A DNA stretch of 32,000 nt, taken from the NCBI RefSeq assembly GCF_001457615.1, contig NZ_LN831024.1, positions 3,030,001-3,062,000 on the forward strand. The letters are read 5' to 3'. The notes under the pieces were generated by a model, which worked only from the letters and a program-made list of their open reading frames with translations, was not told the origin of the DNA and searched no databases. Both the position numbers and the translations under genes were made by a program. Of the stretch, positions 9,140 to 18,523 are shown piece by piece (within the stretch, counting starts at the first letter, position 1; each line of letters starts with the position of its first letter). The stretch is from Pseudomonas aeruginosa (GTDB lineage: Bacteria; Pseudomonadota; Gammaproteobacteria; Pseudomonadales; Pseudomonadaceae).

Positions 9140-10393
9140 TTATTTATCATCATCGATCAGGGGAGTACTCCAGATCACCAGTTCAAGGGCCGCGGCGATC
9201 TGAATGCGATGATCGGCAAGCCGGACGGGCAACAGGTCCTGGGCACGCTCCAGCCGGCGCAGCAATGTGTTGCGATGCGTGCCCAGCGCTTCTGCGGTCT
9301 GGGTGATATTGCAGCCATTGGCCAGGAAGGCGTGCAGCGAGCGCTGAAGCACCGAAGGCTCCGTCGCCAGACGCCCCAGGGTGCTCAAGACGAACTGCCT
9401 GGCCGCGCGGTCGTCCTGGGTCATCAGCGACACCATCCTCACCTGGTCGATGGTGGCAACGGCGGGTGCGCCCGCCAGGCGGCCCATCAGCCTTTGCGTC
9501 GTCAGGGCCTCCAGATGCGAGCGACGGAAGCCATTGACTCCCGTGCCCGGCGAGCCGATTGCCGCGCGAATCCCTGAAAACCGCAGTGCGATGCCTTGCA
9601 GCAGGTTCAGGTCCAGCGGTTTCGCCGCATGGCTCCAGACCCACAGGGTCGCGGGGCCGGCGAATACGATCAACGGCGCCGCCGTGCCCGTGAGTTGCGC
9701 CAGGGTACGCGCCACATCCTCCAGAAGGCGGATCTCGGCGTCCGGGCTTTCGCACCAGACCAGGCCGGCGTAGTGCTTCTGGAAAAGGCTGTAGCCCAGC
9801 CGCCTGCCGAATTGCTCCGTATCCACATCCCTGCCCTCGAGCAGCCGACTGATCAGGCTTCGTTTGTCGATCGGGTCGTCATGGGCCTGGGCGCTCTTTT
9901 CTTCGAGGATGATCTGGGTCACCACACGCATGTTGCTGTCGATGAACTCCGAGATGGACCGCGACGAGACCTCCAGGAATTCCTCAAGCACCCTGGGATC
10001 CTGCGTCAGGTTGAAGGCCATCTTCATCCAGAGCTCCCAGGCGGTGTTCTGTGTCGACCTCGCGACATTCATCAGCAGCTCGGACAGCCCTCTGCGGGCG
10101 AGTTCCCTGGCCGTGTCCACCATGTCGGCCGAGACGTAGGGTTGCACCGGTTCTCCGGGGCGCTGCAGATTGGCGTTCGCCCAATGCAGCAACTCTGCGC
10201 GGTTGGCGCGCCGGCACGCCGCGAGGATGACCGGGTCCTCCAGCAGCTTGGCATCTTCCGGTGAAGAGAACAGCGCCTGATTGAGGCGCTCGACCCACTC
10301 CGGCGGCAGCGTCTGAGCGAGCTCGGCGCCTTTGCGCATGAGTTCACGAACGGCTTCCGATGGGCGTGGCCAGGAGGATGGCGTACTGGTCAT
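9140..10393 (-). CDS. PucR/CdaR-family transcriptional regulator
   Basis: 417 aa. The C-terminal HTH LHAFLANGCNITQTAEALGTHRNTLLRRLERAQDLL is the characteristic PucR C-terminal motif. The gene is divergent from PhyH1. Confidence 0.85.
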   Translation of the reverse strand: MTSTPSSWPRPSEAVRELMRKGAELAQTLPPEWVERLNQALFSSPEDAKLLEDPVILAACRRANRAELLHWANANLQRPGEPVQPYVSADMVDTARELARRGLSELLMNVARSTQNTAWELWMKMAFNLTQDPRVLEEFLEVSSRSISEFIDSNMRVVTQIILEEKSAQAHDDPIDKRSLISRLLEGRDVDTEQFGRRLGYSLFQKHYAGLVWCESPDAEIRLLEDVARTLAQLTGTAAPLIVFAGPATLWVWSHAAKPLDLNLLQGIALRFSGIRAAIGSPGTGVNGFRRSHLEALTTQRLMGRLAGAPAVATIDQVRMVSLMTQDDRAARQFVLSTLGRLATEPSVLQRSLHAFLANGCNITQTAEALGTHRNTLLRRLERAQDLLPVRLADHRIQIAAALELVIWSTPLIDDDK

Positions 10394-10632
10394 GGGCGGT
10401 GCAAATCACTCAAAAATCACAGAGGAAATGGTGCAGTTCGTACCTTGGCGCAAGGTTGGGGGAAACCTAGCATGAACTCACTGCCTGAACAAAAAATACA
10501 AGGAGGCGCCGTGACGCTCCATGTTCTTTTTTTGGGGTTTAGCGCAGTGGCAAGCGGGCTTGTTCGCCGGTGCCCGTTGCCCGGGCAGCGACCCGCCTGC
10601 GCCAACCGTTCCTTCAATCCGGAGTTCTTTCA

Positions 10633-11499
10633 ATGTCAGCCTCTCGCGATACCTTCAGCCTGCCCGTCGTAACCCGCTCGACTCCAGCGCAAGAGATTGC
10701 ACTGCTGAGCGACCAGGCAGGTGCGGTGATCATCCGCAACTTCATGACCCCCGAACAAGTCGCACGGATCAACAACGAACTGGACGCTCCCCTGGCCGCG
10801 CTCGAGGCCGGCTCCAAGCACCAGCACGAGCTGATCGCCGAGTTCCATGGCCGCCAGACCAAACGGCTCACCAACCTCGTCACCCACAGCAAGACCTTTC
10901 GCGAGGAGATCCTCGATGACGACCTCTTTCACGACCTGGGGAACGTGCTCTACGCCGCGGAGTGCGGTGACTGGTGGCTGACCACGGCCCAGTTGATCGA
11001 GATCGGCCCAGGCAACAAAGCGCAAATGCTGCACCGCGACATGGCGCAGTACCAACCGTTCGTGGCCATGAATAAACATGCGCCGCGCACCATCACCAAC
11101 CTGATGCTGGCGCTGACCGATTTCACCGAGGAAAACGGTGCCACGCGCTTGATCCCCGGGAGCCAGGACTGGGATGACTTCGACGATGTAGGAACCCCAG
11201 AAATGACGATCCCTGCCCTGTTGAAAGCAGGAGATGCCGTGCTGTTCGGCGGGAAAGTCGTTCATGGCGGCGGGGCCAACGTGACCGCTGACTTCTACCG
11301 TCGCGGGCTCACCATCCCGATGCAGGCTTCGATCATCACGCCTGAAGAGGCCTACCCGTTGATCGTGCCGCTCGAACTGGTCAGAACGCTTGCTCCGCGC
11401 GTTCAGAAGATCCTCGGCTTCCGCTCCCAGTACCCCAATGGCAGCCCAGGCCTGTGGCAACATAACTACGCAGACCTGGCCGACTATCTCCAGCTCTAG
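10633..11499 (+). CDS. Phytanoyl-CoA dioxygenase (PhyH) family Fe(II)/2-oxoglutarate dioxygenase, paralog 1
   Basis: ORF 10570..11499, trimmed to MSASRD (GGAG SD 8 nt upstream). HxD (LHRDMA), distal His (VVHGGGAN) and FTEENGATRLIPGS motifs are present. Confidence 0.85.
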   Translation: MSASRDTFSLPVVTRSTPAQEIALLSDQAGAVIIRNFMTPEQVARINNELDAPLAALEAGSKHQHELIAEFHGRQTKRLTNLVTHSKTFREEILDDDLFHDLGNVLYAAECGDWWLTTAQLIEIGPGNKAQMLHRDMAQYQPFVAMNKHAPRTITNLMLALTDFTEENGATRLIPGSQDWDDFDDVGTPEMTIPALLKAGDAVLFGGKVVHGGGANVTADFYRRGLTIPMQASIITPEEAYPLIVPLELVRTLAPRVQKILGFRSQYPNGSPGLWQHNYADLADYLQL

Positions 11500-11517
11500 A
11501 AGCCTTCCACGCTGGCC

Positions 11518-11542
11518 GGCCTGGCCCCGAAGGCGCCAGGCC
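11518..11542. terminator. GC-rich hairpin between convergent genes (possible bidirectional terminator)
   Basis: GGCCTGGC / GCCAGGCC 8-bp stem plus inner CC/GG pairs, between the PhyH1 stop (11499) and the BNR-protein stop (11584). No U-tract on either strand. Confidence 0.35.
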
Positions 11543-11583
11543 CAACCGAGTCCCCGGACAAGCAAAGAGGCCGGTGAACACTT

Positions 11584-12546
11584 TCATTCCTGGCGGGGCA
11601 TTACTCCGCGACGTGAAAACAGCAGCGGCGTGCCGTCGGCGTTGAACAGCGCCGCCGTCAGCGAAAGGCCGTCAGCCGACGGTGCTTCCTGGAAACTGTT
11701 TCCACCATCCCTGCTCCGTACCTTCAGTCCGTCAAGCCCGACCGCCAATACCCGAGCGCCAGCCACTGCTATGGATGTGACCGAGCCCTTGCCTTGCGTT
11801 GGCACTCTGAGAAAAGCCTTGCCATCGGCAGAGCCCTGCAACAGGGTGCCACGCTGACCACCCAGCAGCAGACGCCCATCGGCCAGCACCGCGCCAGACC
11901 ACAGGGTGCCCTCATAGCCGGTATCCAGGTAACGCCAGTTCTTCCCCTGGTCGTCGGAGCGCAGCACCTGCCCATGCTCGGCCGTGGCGTACAGGGTGCC
12001 GTGGTTGTCGGCAAACAGCCCCATCAGGTTGAGGTCGGCCCGCTTGGCTCCTGGAGGCGCTTGCAACGGCTGCTCCGTCCATGTCTTGCCGCCATCCTCG
12101 GTGGTCAGCACCAACGACCAGAGGCCTACCGCAACGCCCTGCCGGGCATCGAAAAAGTGCACGGCGAACAGCGGCCGGTCTTCTTCGCTCGACAGGCGCT
12201 GGACCTGCCAGGATTCCCCGCCGTCGGCGGTGGACAGGATCGCCCCCCAGTGACCCACCGCCCAGCCGTGCCTGGCATCCACGAAGGACACACCCGTCAA
12301 TGGCGTGGATAGTGGGACCGAGCGTGCCTGGCGCCACTGCCTGCCCTGGTCATCGGACAACAACACGACACCGTGGTCGCCCACGGCAACCACTCGCTCT
12401 CCGGCCCAGCCGGCGGCCAGCATGGTGGCCTGCGTGGCATTGCCCGCCTGCACGGCCGGCACGGCCTGCAACGGCGCGGCCTGGAGAGACATCAGCGGCA
12501 ATCCTGCTGCGAGCAAGGCCGCGGTGAATGAAACCCTGAACTTCAT
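11584..12546 (-). CDS. Secreted BNR/Ycf48-like beta-propeller protein (WD40/YVTN/BNR-like repeat protein)
   Basis: 320 aa with a signal peptide (MKFRVSFTAALLAAGLPLMSLQAAP). Repeated S.D.G..W units (TADGGESWQ, TEDGGKTWT, SDDQGKNWR, SRDGGNSFQ). Last gene of the DUF1329 operon. Confidence 0.8.
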   Translation of the reverse strand: MKFRVSFTAALLAAGLPLMSLQAAPLQAVPAVQAGNATQATMLAAGWAGERVVAVGDHGVVLLSDDQGRQWRQARSVPLSTPLTGVSFVDARHGWAVGHWGAILSTADGGESWQVQRLSSEEDRPLFAVHFFDARQGVAVGLWSLVLTTEDGGKTWTEQPLQAPPGAKRADLNLMGLFADNHGTLYATAEHGQVLRSDDQGKNWRYLDTGYEGTLWSGAVLADGRLLLGGQRGTLLQGSADGKAFLRVPTQGKGSVTSIAVAGARVLAVGLDGLKVRSRDGGNSFQEAPSADGLSLTAALFNADGTPLLFSRRGVMPRQE

Positions 12547-12556
12547 GCTTCTCTCC

Positions 12557-14971
12557 TCAGTGCACCAGCGCGCCGATCATGCGCACGGGACGTTTGCGCG
12601 GGAACGCCCGCTCCAGCCATACGGCGAAGGCCGGCAGCACGGTCATGGCCATGACCATGTTGACGACGAACATGAAGGCCAGCAGCTTGCCCATGTCGGC
12701 CTGGAACTTGAGCTCCGAGAAGGCCCAGGTGGCCACGCCAACGGCCAGGGTGATGGCGGTGAAAATGGTGGCGACGCCCACCTCGAGCAGCGCGTACTCC
12801 ACCGCCTTGGTGATCGTCTGGCCATGGGCCAGGTGCAGTTGCAGGCGGTTGTAGATGTAGAAGGCGTAATCGACGCCAATGCCCACTGCCAGCACCATCA
12901 CCGGCAAGGTGGCGATGGTCAGGCCGATCTGCAGCTCCTTCATGAACCAGTAGCCAATGAAGGTGCCGATGGTCAGCGGCAGGCAACACACCAGGACTGC
13001 CCGCAAGTCGCGATAGACCACGAACACCAGCAAGGCGATGGCGGCATAGACGTAAAGCAGCATGGGGGTTTCGCTCTTCTCCACCTCTTCGTTGATCGCT
13101 GCCAGGACGCCGGCGTTGCCGGAGGCGAGGCGGATCGAAATGCCTGACATCGGATACTCGCTGCGGAACGCCTTGGCGGCGTCCACCACTCGGTTGATGG
13201 TCGTGGCCTTGTGATCGGCCAGGTACAGGTGCACGGCCGACATGCTGCAATCGGTGCGCATCAGCCCGGGGGTTCGCGCAACCTCGGTGGCCAGCGCGGC
13301 GTAGTTCATCGGGTCGATGGGCACCGCCGCCATCTTCGGGTTGCCTTCGTTGTAGCCCTCGTTGAACTGACGCATGGTGGTGGAAAAGGACGCGACCGAG
13401 AGGACGCCGGGCACCCCCTGCATGGCCCACACGAAACGATCCTGGTACTGGCCCAGGGCGACATCCTCGCAGGCCACCTCGGAAGGAGCCTTGTCGACTT
13501 CGAACACCACGCTGAGCCAGTCCAGGCCAATGTCGTAGTTGCTGGCGATGGAGACCGCGTCGCGATTGAAGCGCGAGTCCTCGCGCAACTCCGGCGCACC
13601 CGCCTGCAGCGTGCCGACGACGCGGTCATGGCTTTGCCAGATCGCCGCCAGGAACACCGCCAAGGCCGCGCCGAGCACCCACTGCGCCTTGCGTGGCTCG
13701 GCGAGCCGGGCCAGGCCCCGCAGCCAACGGCTGCGACGCTGCCGGGAAACCTCCTGGGCGGCTGCGTACTTGTCGTCGACGCGCAGCAACGACGCCATCA
13801 ACGGCAACATCACCAGGTTGGTGACGATCTTGTAGGCCACGCCAAGCGAAGCCGTGATCGCCAGTTCCCGCACCATCGGGATCGGGATCAACAGCAGCGT
13901 CACGAAGGAAACCAGCGCGGTCACCAGCGCCAGCGTCCCGGGAACCAGCAACCCGGTGAAGCTCGAGCGTGCCGCCTCTTCGGCGCTCTTGCCGATGGCG
14001 ATCTCGCGCACGATGAAGTTGATTTGCTGCACGCCATGGGAAACCCCGATGGCGAACACCAGGAAGGGCACCAGCACTGCCAGCGGATCGAGCCCATAGC
14101 CCAACAGGCGCAGGCTGCCGAACTGCCAGACCAGCGAGGCCAGCGAACAGACCAATGCCAGCAAGGTGAAACGCAGCGAGTGGCAATACCAGTACACCGC
14201 CCCCGCCGTCAGCAGCAACGCCAGCAAACAGAACTCCAGCACGGCTGAAGCTCCGTCGGCGATGTCGCCGATCTGCTTGGCGAAACCGATGATCTGGATT
14301 TCGAAATCGCCGTCTTCGAAGCGCTGGCGGATCTCTTTCTCCAGCCGATGGTTGAAGGTTACGTAGTCCAGATGGGCGCCCTGGCTATCGTACTCGTTGA
14401 GTTCCACCGTGATCATCGCGCTGCTCTGGTCCCGGGAAACCAGCGTACCGATGAAGCCGCCCTGGGCAGTGGAATTGGCGATCTTCGCGATGATCCGGTC
14501 ATCCAGGTGCTCGGGAGAAACCGTTCCGGGTACCAGCGGATCAGCACGAAAACCTTCCTCGGTGATTTCGTTGACGAAGGCGTTGGGCGTCCACAGGGAG
14601 CGCACGCTGCTGCGCGATACTCCCGGGAGGAAGGTCACCGCCTGGGTGACGTCATACAGCCGCTTCAGGCCCGGGGCGCTCCAGATATCGCCCTCTCGGG
14701 CCTTGACCACGATGGTCAGTCGGTTCGCCCCCAGCAGGTCATTGCGGTAGGCCTCGAATGTCTCGATGTATTCGTGGCCTACCGGCAATTGCTTTTCGAA
14801 GCCGGCATCCATGCGCAGCTGTACGGCGAACCAGCCCATGATCAGCGTGAATACCGCCAGGCTCGCCAGCACCAGCCGGCGATGCCTGAACAACACACCT
14901 TCGACATATGACAACAGGCCACGTGTCGGGGCCTCAGGTAGCTTTACAGAACCGTTCACGGCAAGCCTCAC
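12557..14971 (-). CDS. RND-superfamily (MMPL/HpnN-like) inner-membrane transporter
   Basis: 804 aa with two 6-TM bundles separated by large periplasmic loops. The GTG start overlaps the DUF1302 stop (GTGA at 14968-14971). Confidence 0.85.
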   Translation of the reverse strand: MRLAVNGSVKLPEAPTRGLLSYVEGVLFRHRRLVLASLAVFTLIMGWFAVQLRMDAGFEKQLPVGHEYIETFEAYRNDLLGANRLTIVVKAREGDIWSAPGLKRLYDVTQAVTFLPGVSRSSVRSLWTPNAFVNEITEEGFRADPLVPGTVSPEHLDDRIIAKIANSTAQGGFIGTLVSRDQSSAMITVELNEYDSQGAHLDYVTFNHRLEKEIRQRFEDGDFEIQIIGFAKQIGDIADGASAVLEFCLLALLLTAGAVYWYCHSLRFTLLALVCSLASLVWQFGSLRLLGYGLDPLAVLVPFLVFAIGVSHGVQQINFIVREIAIGKSAEEAARSSFTGLLVPGTLALVTALVSFVTLLLIPIPMVRELAITASLGVAYKIVTNLVMLPLMASLLRVDDKYAAAQEVSRQRRSRWLRGLARLAEPRKAQWVLGAALAVFLAAIWQSHDRVVGTLQAGAPELREDSRFNRDAVSIASNYDIGLDWLSVVFEVDKAPSEVACEDVALGQYQDRFVWAMQGVPGVLSVASFSTTMRQFNEGYNEGNPKMAAVPIDPMNYAALATEVARTPGLMRTDCSMSAVHLYLADHKATTINRVVDAAKAFRSEYPMSGISIRLASGNAGVLAAINEEVEKSETPMLLYVYAAIALLVFVVYRDLRAVLVCCLPLTIGTFIGYWFMKELQIGLTIATLPVMVLAVGIGVDYAFYIYNRLQLHLAHGQTITKAVEYALLEVGVATIFTAITLAVGVATWAFSELKFQADMGKLLAFMFVVNMVMAMTVLPAFAVWLERAFPRKRPVRMIGALVH

Positions 14972-16614
14972 AAGGTGCGGGAGATCGCGATGCCGACATA
15001 ATCGCGGTCACGATAAAGCTGGTCGTAGGGCGTCTCACCGCCCATGAACTTCGCGTAGTTGAGGGAAATCTGCCAACTGGCCGGGTTCCGCACGAAGTTC
15101 AGGTACAGGTTCATGCTGCTCGCGTCCTCGGTGAAGGTTGCGCTGAGGTTCGGTGTCCGTCCTCCCAGCGACCGTGCATAGAAGACGCCCGGCGTGACCT
15201 GCCAGCCCGGCAACAAGGTGCCGTCATAGGTCAGGCTGAAGTCCAGGTTGATCCCTGAAGAGGTCTTGTCGCCACGGGACTTCGGCGCTCTGGCAGGATC
15301 CAGCTGCCAGGCATTGAGCCCCGCGGCGAGCGGTTCGCCATTGACCTCGTCATGCAGCCCCGGGTACTTGATGACCACCAGTTCGGTCAGCAAGCTGCCC
15401 GTGCTGGCCCCGCTGAAATCCAGAAGCGTCGGGGAATTGGACGGCGTGAAGCTGTACAGGCCTGTCAGGTGCCACTGGAATTTCTTCTCGTCCTTCCAGC
15501 ATTTGCCGCCGTTGCCGGTACACAGGTCGATGACCGGGTTGAGCATGACCGAGTCCTTCGGCCGGTACGACAGCTCCGTACCGACGGCCCAGTCACCGAT
15601 CGGCATGTTGGCACTGATGCCGTACATCATCCGGTCTTCCTGGTACTCCCAGGTCGGTGCCGCCGCGAAGGTGTTCGGGTCGAGAATGGCGACACGCAAC
15701 GATGGCAACTTGTCGTGATAACGCATCACGTAGAAGCCATAGGCGACGTCGCTGTCCTCCGGCTGCCAGCGCAGCGAAAGGCCCCACTGGCCGCTGTCGC
15801 GGGCGTCCTTTTCGGAGAATCCGTAGTCCCCCCTGCCCTCACCCAGCGCGTTGGTGGTGGACCAGTAGCTGCCCACCGGCGGCAATTCGCTCTTGTTCCA
15901 GCGGAATTGATAGTAGGCCTCGACGTTGACACCCGAGCCCAGGCCCGACGCGACACTGAGCATCGGCGCCGGCAGCACGGCCTCCTTGAGCTGCACGCCG
16001 GGGCGCGCCAAGGCCTGGTAATCATAGGCGTTGGTATTGTTGATGCCACCGGCCACGAACAGGCTTTCGCCCCAGTTGATCACCTGGTTGCCCAGGCGTG
16101 CGCGGACCCGCTGCCCGCCCACGTCGAAGCCTTTGCTCACCCACAGGTCCAGCAGGCGGGCCTTGAACGCGAGGTCGTCGCGGGCGTCGTCGCTCAGCCC
16201 GTTGCTGCCGACGCTCTCCGGGGTGTTGAACGACAGCGTGCCGGTGGTATCGGTGGCAGCGAAGTCGCGGATCCAGGTGCCGCGCGCCATGAAGGTGATG
16301 TCCTCGGGCATCTTCAGCAACAGCTCATGGGTGCCCTTGAGGTAGTTGGTGAACATGTCGCCGCGGTCGTAGTTCAGGTCGCCCTGGTCGGCCACGCCGG
16401 AGCTCTGCGCCAGGCAGCCGGAGGGCGCGTTGTGCCCGGTCGGTCCCTGGTTGATCAGGTTGCAGCCCCGTGACTCGGTACGCAGACCCATGCCTGCGGT
16501 GATCGTGGAGTCGAAGGAGCCATTGAGGGTTTCGGTTTCGAACGTGAATCCCATTGCCAGTGGGGTTGTGCACGCGATGACAAGGCCTGAGGCTTTCGTA
16601 ATTATTTTTTTCAT
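14968..16614 (-). CDS. DUF1302-family outer-membrane beta-barrel protein
   Basis: 548 aa with a signal peptide (MKKIITKASGLVIACTTPLAMG). N-terminal LNGSFDSTITAGMGLRT, an aromatic-rich alternating pattern and a C-terminal ...IAISRTL fit my memory of DUF1302 proteins. Confidence 0.75.
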   Translation of the reverse strand: MKKIITKASGLVIACTTPLAMGFTFETETLNGSFDSTITAGMGLRTESRGCNLINQGPTGHNAPSGCLAQSSGVADQGDLNYDRGDMFTNYLKGTHELLLKMPEDITFMARGTWIRDFAATDTTGTLSFNTPESVGSNGLSDDARDDLAFKARLLDLWVSKGFDVGGQRVRARLGNQVINWGESLFVAGGINNTNAYDYQALARPGVQLKEAVLPAPMLSVASGLGSGVNVEAYYQFRWNKSELPPVGSYWSTTNALGEGRGDYGFSEKDARDSGQWGLSLRWQPEDSDVAYGFYVMRYHDKLPSLRVAILDPNTFAAAPTWEYQEDRMMYGISANMPIGDWAVGTELSYRPKDSVMLNPVIDLCTGNGGKCWKDEKKFQWHLTGLYSFTPSNSPTLLDFSGASTGSLLTELVVIKYPGLHDEVNGEPLAAGLNAWQLDPARAPKSRGDKTSSGINLDFSLTYDGTLLPGWQVTPGVFYARSLGGRTPNLSATFTEDASSMNLYLNFVRNPASWQISLNYAKFMGGETPYDQLYRDRDYVGIAISRTL

Positions 16615-16637
16615 GCTGGCTCTCGATCTGGCGTCGG

Positions 16638-18062
16638 TTAGCGCTCGCTGATGGCTCGCAGATTGTCGGAGGTGAAGAAGTCACGCTTCAGGCGGGGGGA
16701 GCCGTTGTCTTCGGTGAGCCAGCGAATATCGTTCTTGCCCGCCCCGATCGAGGTCATGTCGAAGAGGTAGCGGCCATCCGCCAGGTTGTACTGGACCTGG
16801 GCCTGGACGTCGCAGGCGCCTGTCTCGTACACGGGAATCGAGAACCCTTCGCGCACTTTCCAGATCTGCCCTTGCTTGTCGTAGTCCACCGCCAGCAACG
16901 GGTTCCAGCTGTCCTCGTCGATGTAGAACATGCGCTTCGGCGCCTGATGGCGCATGCCTTGACGGACATTGGCCTCGACGACCCAGACCCGATGCAGCTC
17001 ATAGCGACGCGACTGCGGCGCGATCGAGTCGTTGCCGGCAAACGTCTCCACCTTGGCGCCAGTGTCGTAGGCACCGAAATCGTTGTAAGGCACCAGCAAC
17101 TCCTGCTTGCCGATCAGCTTCCAGTCGAAACGGTCCATGGTGCCGAAGAAGACGTTCGCCTCGTCGACGGTGTACTGGTTATCCAGGCCGATCTGTGGCG
17201 CATCGTAGGAGTACGACGGCATTCGCCGCACGCGGCGCTGGCCGGGGAAGTAGTAGAAGGTCGTGGCCTGTTCGCCGGCCACGGCAGTCTGTACCGCGGA
17301 CTGGCCGGCCAGAGCAGCCGGCTCGAGGTAGTTGAAGAAGGTCGCATTCTCCAGGCGGCCAACTGACGAGAAGAGCGCACTCCCCTTTTTCCCCCAGGGC
17401 GTGAAGAAGAAGGTATCTGTCGACTGACGTAACCATTCCCCCCCTTTGCGTGGAGAAATTCCGGAAATGGTCCGGGGAATTTCGACGCCAACGCCGCGGT
17501 AGCGCATCTTCATGTTCCACATCACCTCGGCACCGGTACTCGGCATGGGGAACGGGATGCCCGGAACGTGAGCCTCGTCCAGAGCGAGGCCGGCAGCATC
17601 GAGCTTGGCGAAACCAACGTTCTGCCGGGTGTTCTCGACCACGAAGTCCGGAGCGCTACAGGTCCGACGGGTCGGATACACATCCATGCGATAGCCGGGA
17701 ATCCTCTTGAACAGCTCGACCTGTCCGGGGGACAGCTTGCTCGAGTGTTGCGCGAGATTGTTCGCGTCGATGCTGTAGAGCGGCTTGTCGCCCTTGAACT
17801 TCCAGTGCTCTCCTCGCACCTGGCCGTAGCTCCATCCCTCGTCCTGCTGTCCAGGCTGCGTCCAGGCAGGAATATCCCCGCTTGCACTCGCTGCGATCTC
17901 CCCGCCCAAGGGGGTCAGTTTCGACCCCAGCGCCTCGGGGCCCTGGGGCGCAGCCTGGACCGAACAGAGCACGGTCGATACCGCGAGGGTCATGAACAAC
18001 TGCTGCTGGAAAACACGACGGGTGGGCGCTTCACCTTCCAGCCGTTCAGTTACATCTTTCAT
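16638..18062 (-). CDS. DUF1329-family periplasmic/outer-membrane lipoprotein-sorting-like (LolA-like) protein
   Basis: ORF 16638..18143, trimmed to MKDV (the Met at MTLAVSTVLCSVQA is also possible). LTPLGGEIAASASGDIPAWTQPG matches the conserved N-terminal signature I associate with DUF1329. Confidence 0.75.
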   Translation of the reverse strand: MKDVTERLEGEAPTRRVFQQQLFMTLAVSTVLCSVQAAPQGPEALGSKLTPLGGEIAASASGDIPAWTQPGQQDEGWSYGQVRGEHWKFKGDKPLYSIDANNLAQHSSKLSPGQVELFKRIPGYRMDVYPTRRTCSAPDFVVENTRQNVGFAKLDAAGLALDEAHVPGIPFPMPSTGAEVMWNMKMRYRGVGVEIPRTISGISPRKGGEWLRQSTDTFFFTPWGKKGSALFSSVGRLENATFFNYLEPAALAGQSAVQTAVAGEQATTFYYFPGQRRVRRMPSYSYDAPQIGLDNQYTVDEANVFFGTMDRFDWKLIGKQELLVPYNDFGAYDTGAKVETFAGNDSIAPQSRRYELHRVWVVEANVRQGMRHQAPKRMFYIDEDSWNPLLAVDYDKQGQIWKVREGFSIPVYETGACDVQAQVQYNLADGRYLFDMTSIGAGKNDIRWLTEDNGSPRLKRDFFTSDNLRAISER

Positions 18063-18136
18063 TGGATGGCTCCTCACACAGGGCATGGACCGGTTGCTCG
18101 ACCTCCCAAGGGGAAGAAGTCGGCTCCTGTCGATAA

Positions 18137-18179
18137 TGATCATTTGACCTGATCAATTGACCATGTCGGACGATCATGA
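18137..18179 (-). promoter_or_regulatory. Operator-like array, site 1 (upstream of the DUF1329 operon)
   Basis: TGATCATTTGACC TGATCAATTGACC ATGTCGGACGATCATGA. The first part is a tandem 13-bp repeat. The reverse complement aligns ungapped to 21813-21855 (32/43 identical) and to 23048-23073 (22/26). Confidence 0.6.
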
Positions 18180-18417
18180 GGCAAACCATATGCCAGTTCT
18201 CTTTCATGTTTTTTTAATTGTTATAAATCAGGCGGTTATGGAAAAAGTTCTGTTCCAGGCCCAGTGCCCTGTGCACCACCTTGGGAAGTAAAGAAACATG
18301 TGTTACCTGGAGATGCTTGGTAACAGGGCACAAGAGAGCTTGAGGGGAACTTTCGTAGATATCGGCTCGGGCATTTTTAATTGTCGTTTCGCCTCGGGTC
18401 AGAGGGAGCGATCGGAT

Positions 18418-18429
18418 ATGACCGGTCAT
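18418..18429. promoter_or_regulatory. Perfect 12-bp palindrome ATGACCGGTCAT in the long AT-rich region upstream of the DUF1329 operon
   Basis: Read directly from the sequence. It contains two GGTCA half-sites, the same half-site as the operator-like arrays. Function unknown. Confidence 0.25.
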
Positions 18430-18499
18430 GAATCGAGCAACTTTATCCGACAATGCACGCTCCGCGGCGGAGCGGGACTATAGCGGATGTAATGCCTGC

Positions 18500-18523
18500 A
18501 AAAAAAACCGCCCCGAAGGGCGG
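18500..18523 (-). terminator. Rho-independent terminator of the PhyH2 / FAD oxidoreductase / 7-TM operon
   Basis: The minus strand reads CCGCCCTTCGGGGCGG followed by TTTTTTTT. It lies 93 nt downstream of the 7-TM gene stop. A second small hairpin (GGCAGG/CCTGCC) sits at 18531-18549. Confidence 0.8.

Noticed and set aside
10479-10497. Words shared between the PucR/PhyH1 intergenic region (CACTGCC...ACAAAAAAT) and the Fe-ADH leader (25691-25716, CACTGCC...ACAAAAAT), as a possible PucR operator linking the two
   Set aside because: Only a 7-mer and an 8-mer are shared, and their spacing differs (5 vs 11 nt). This is too weak to distinguish from chance without a genome-wide motif test.
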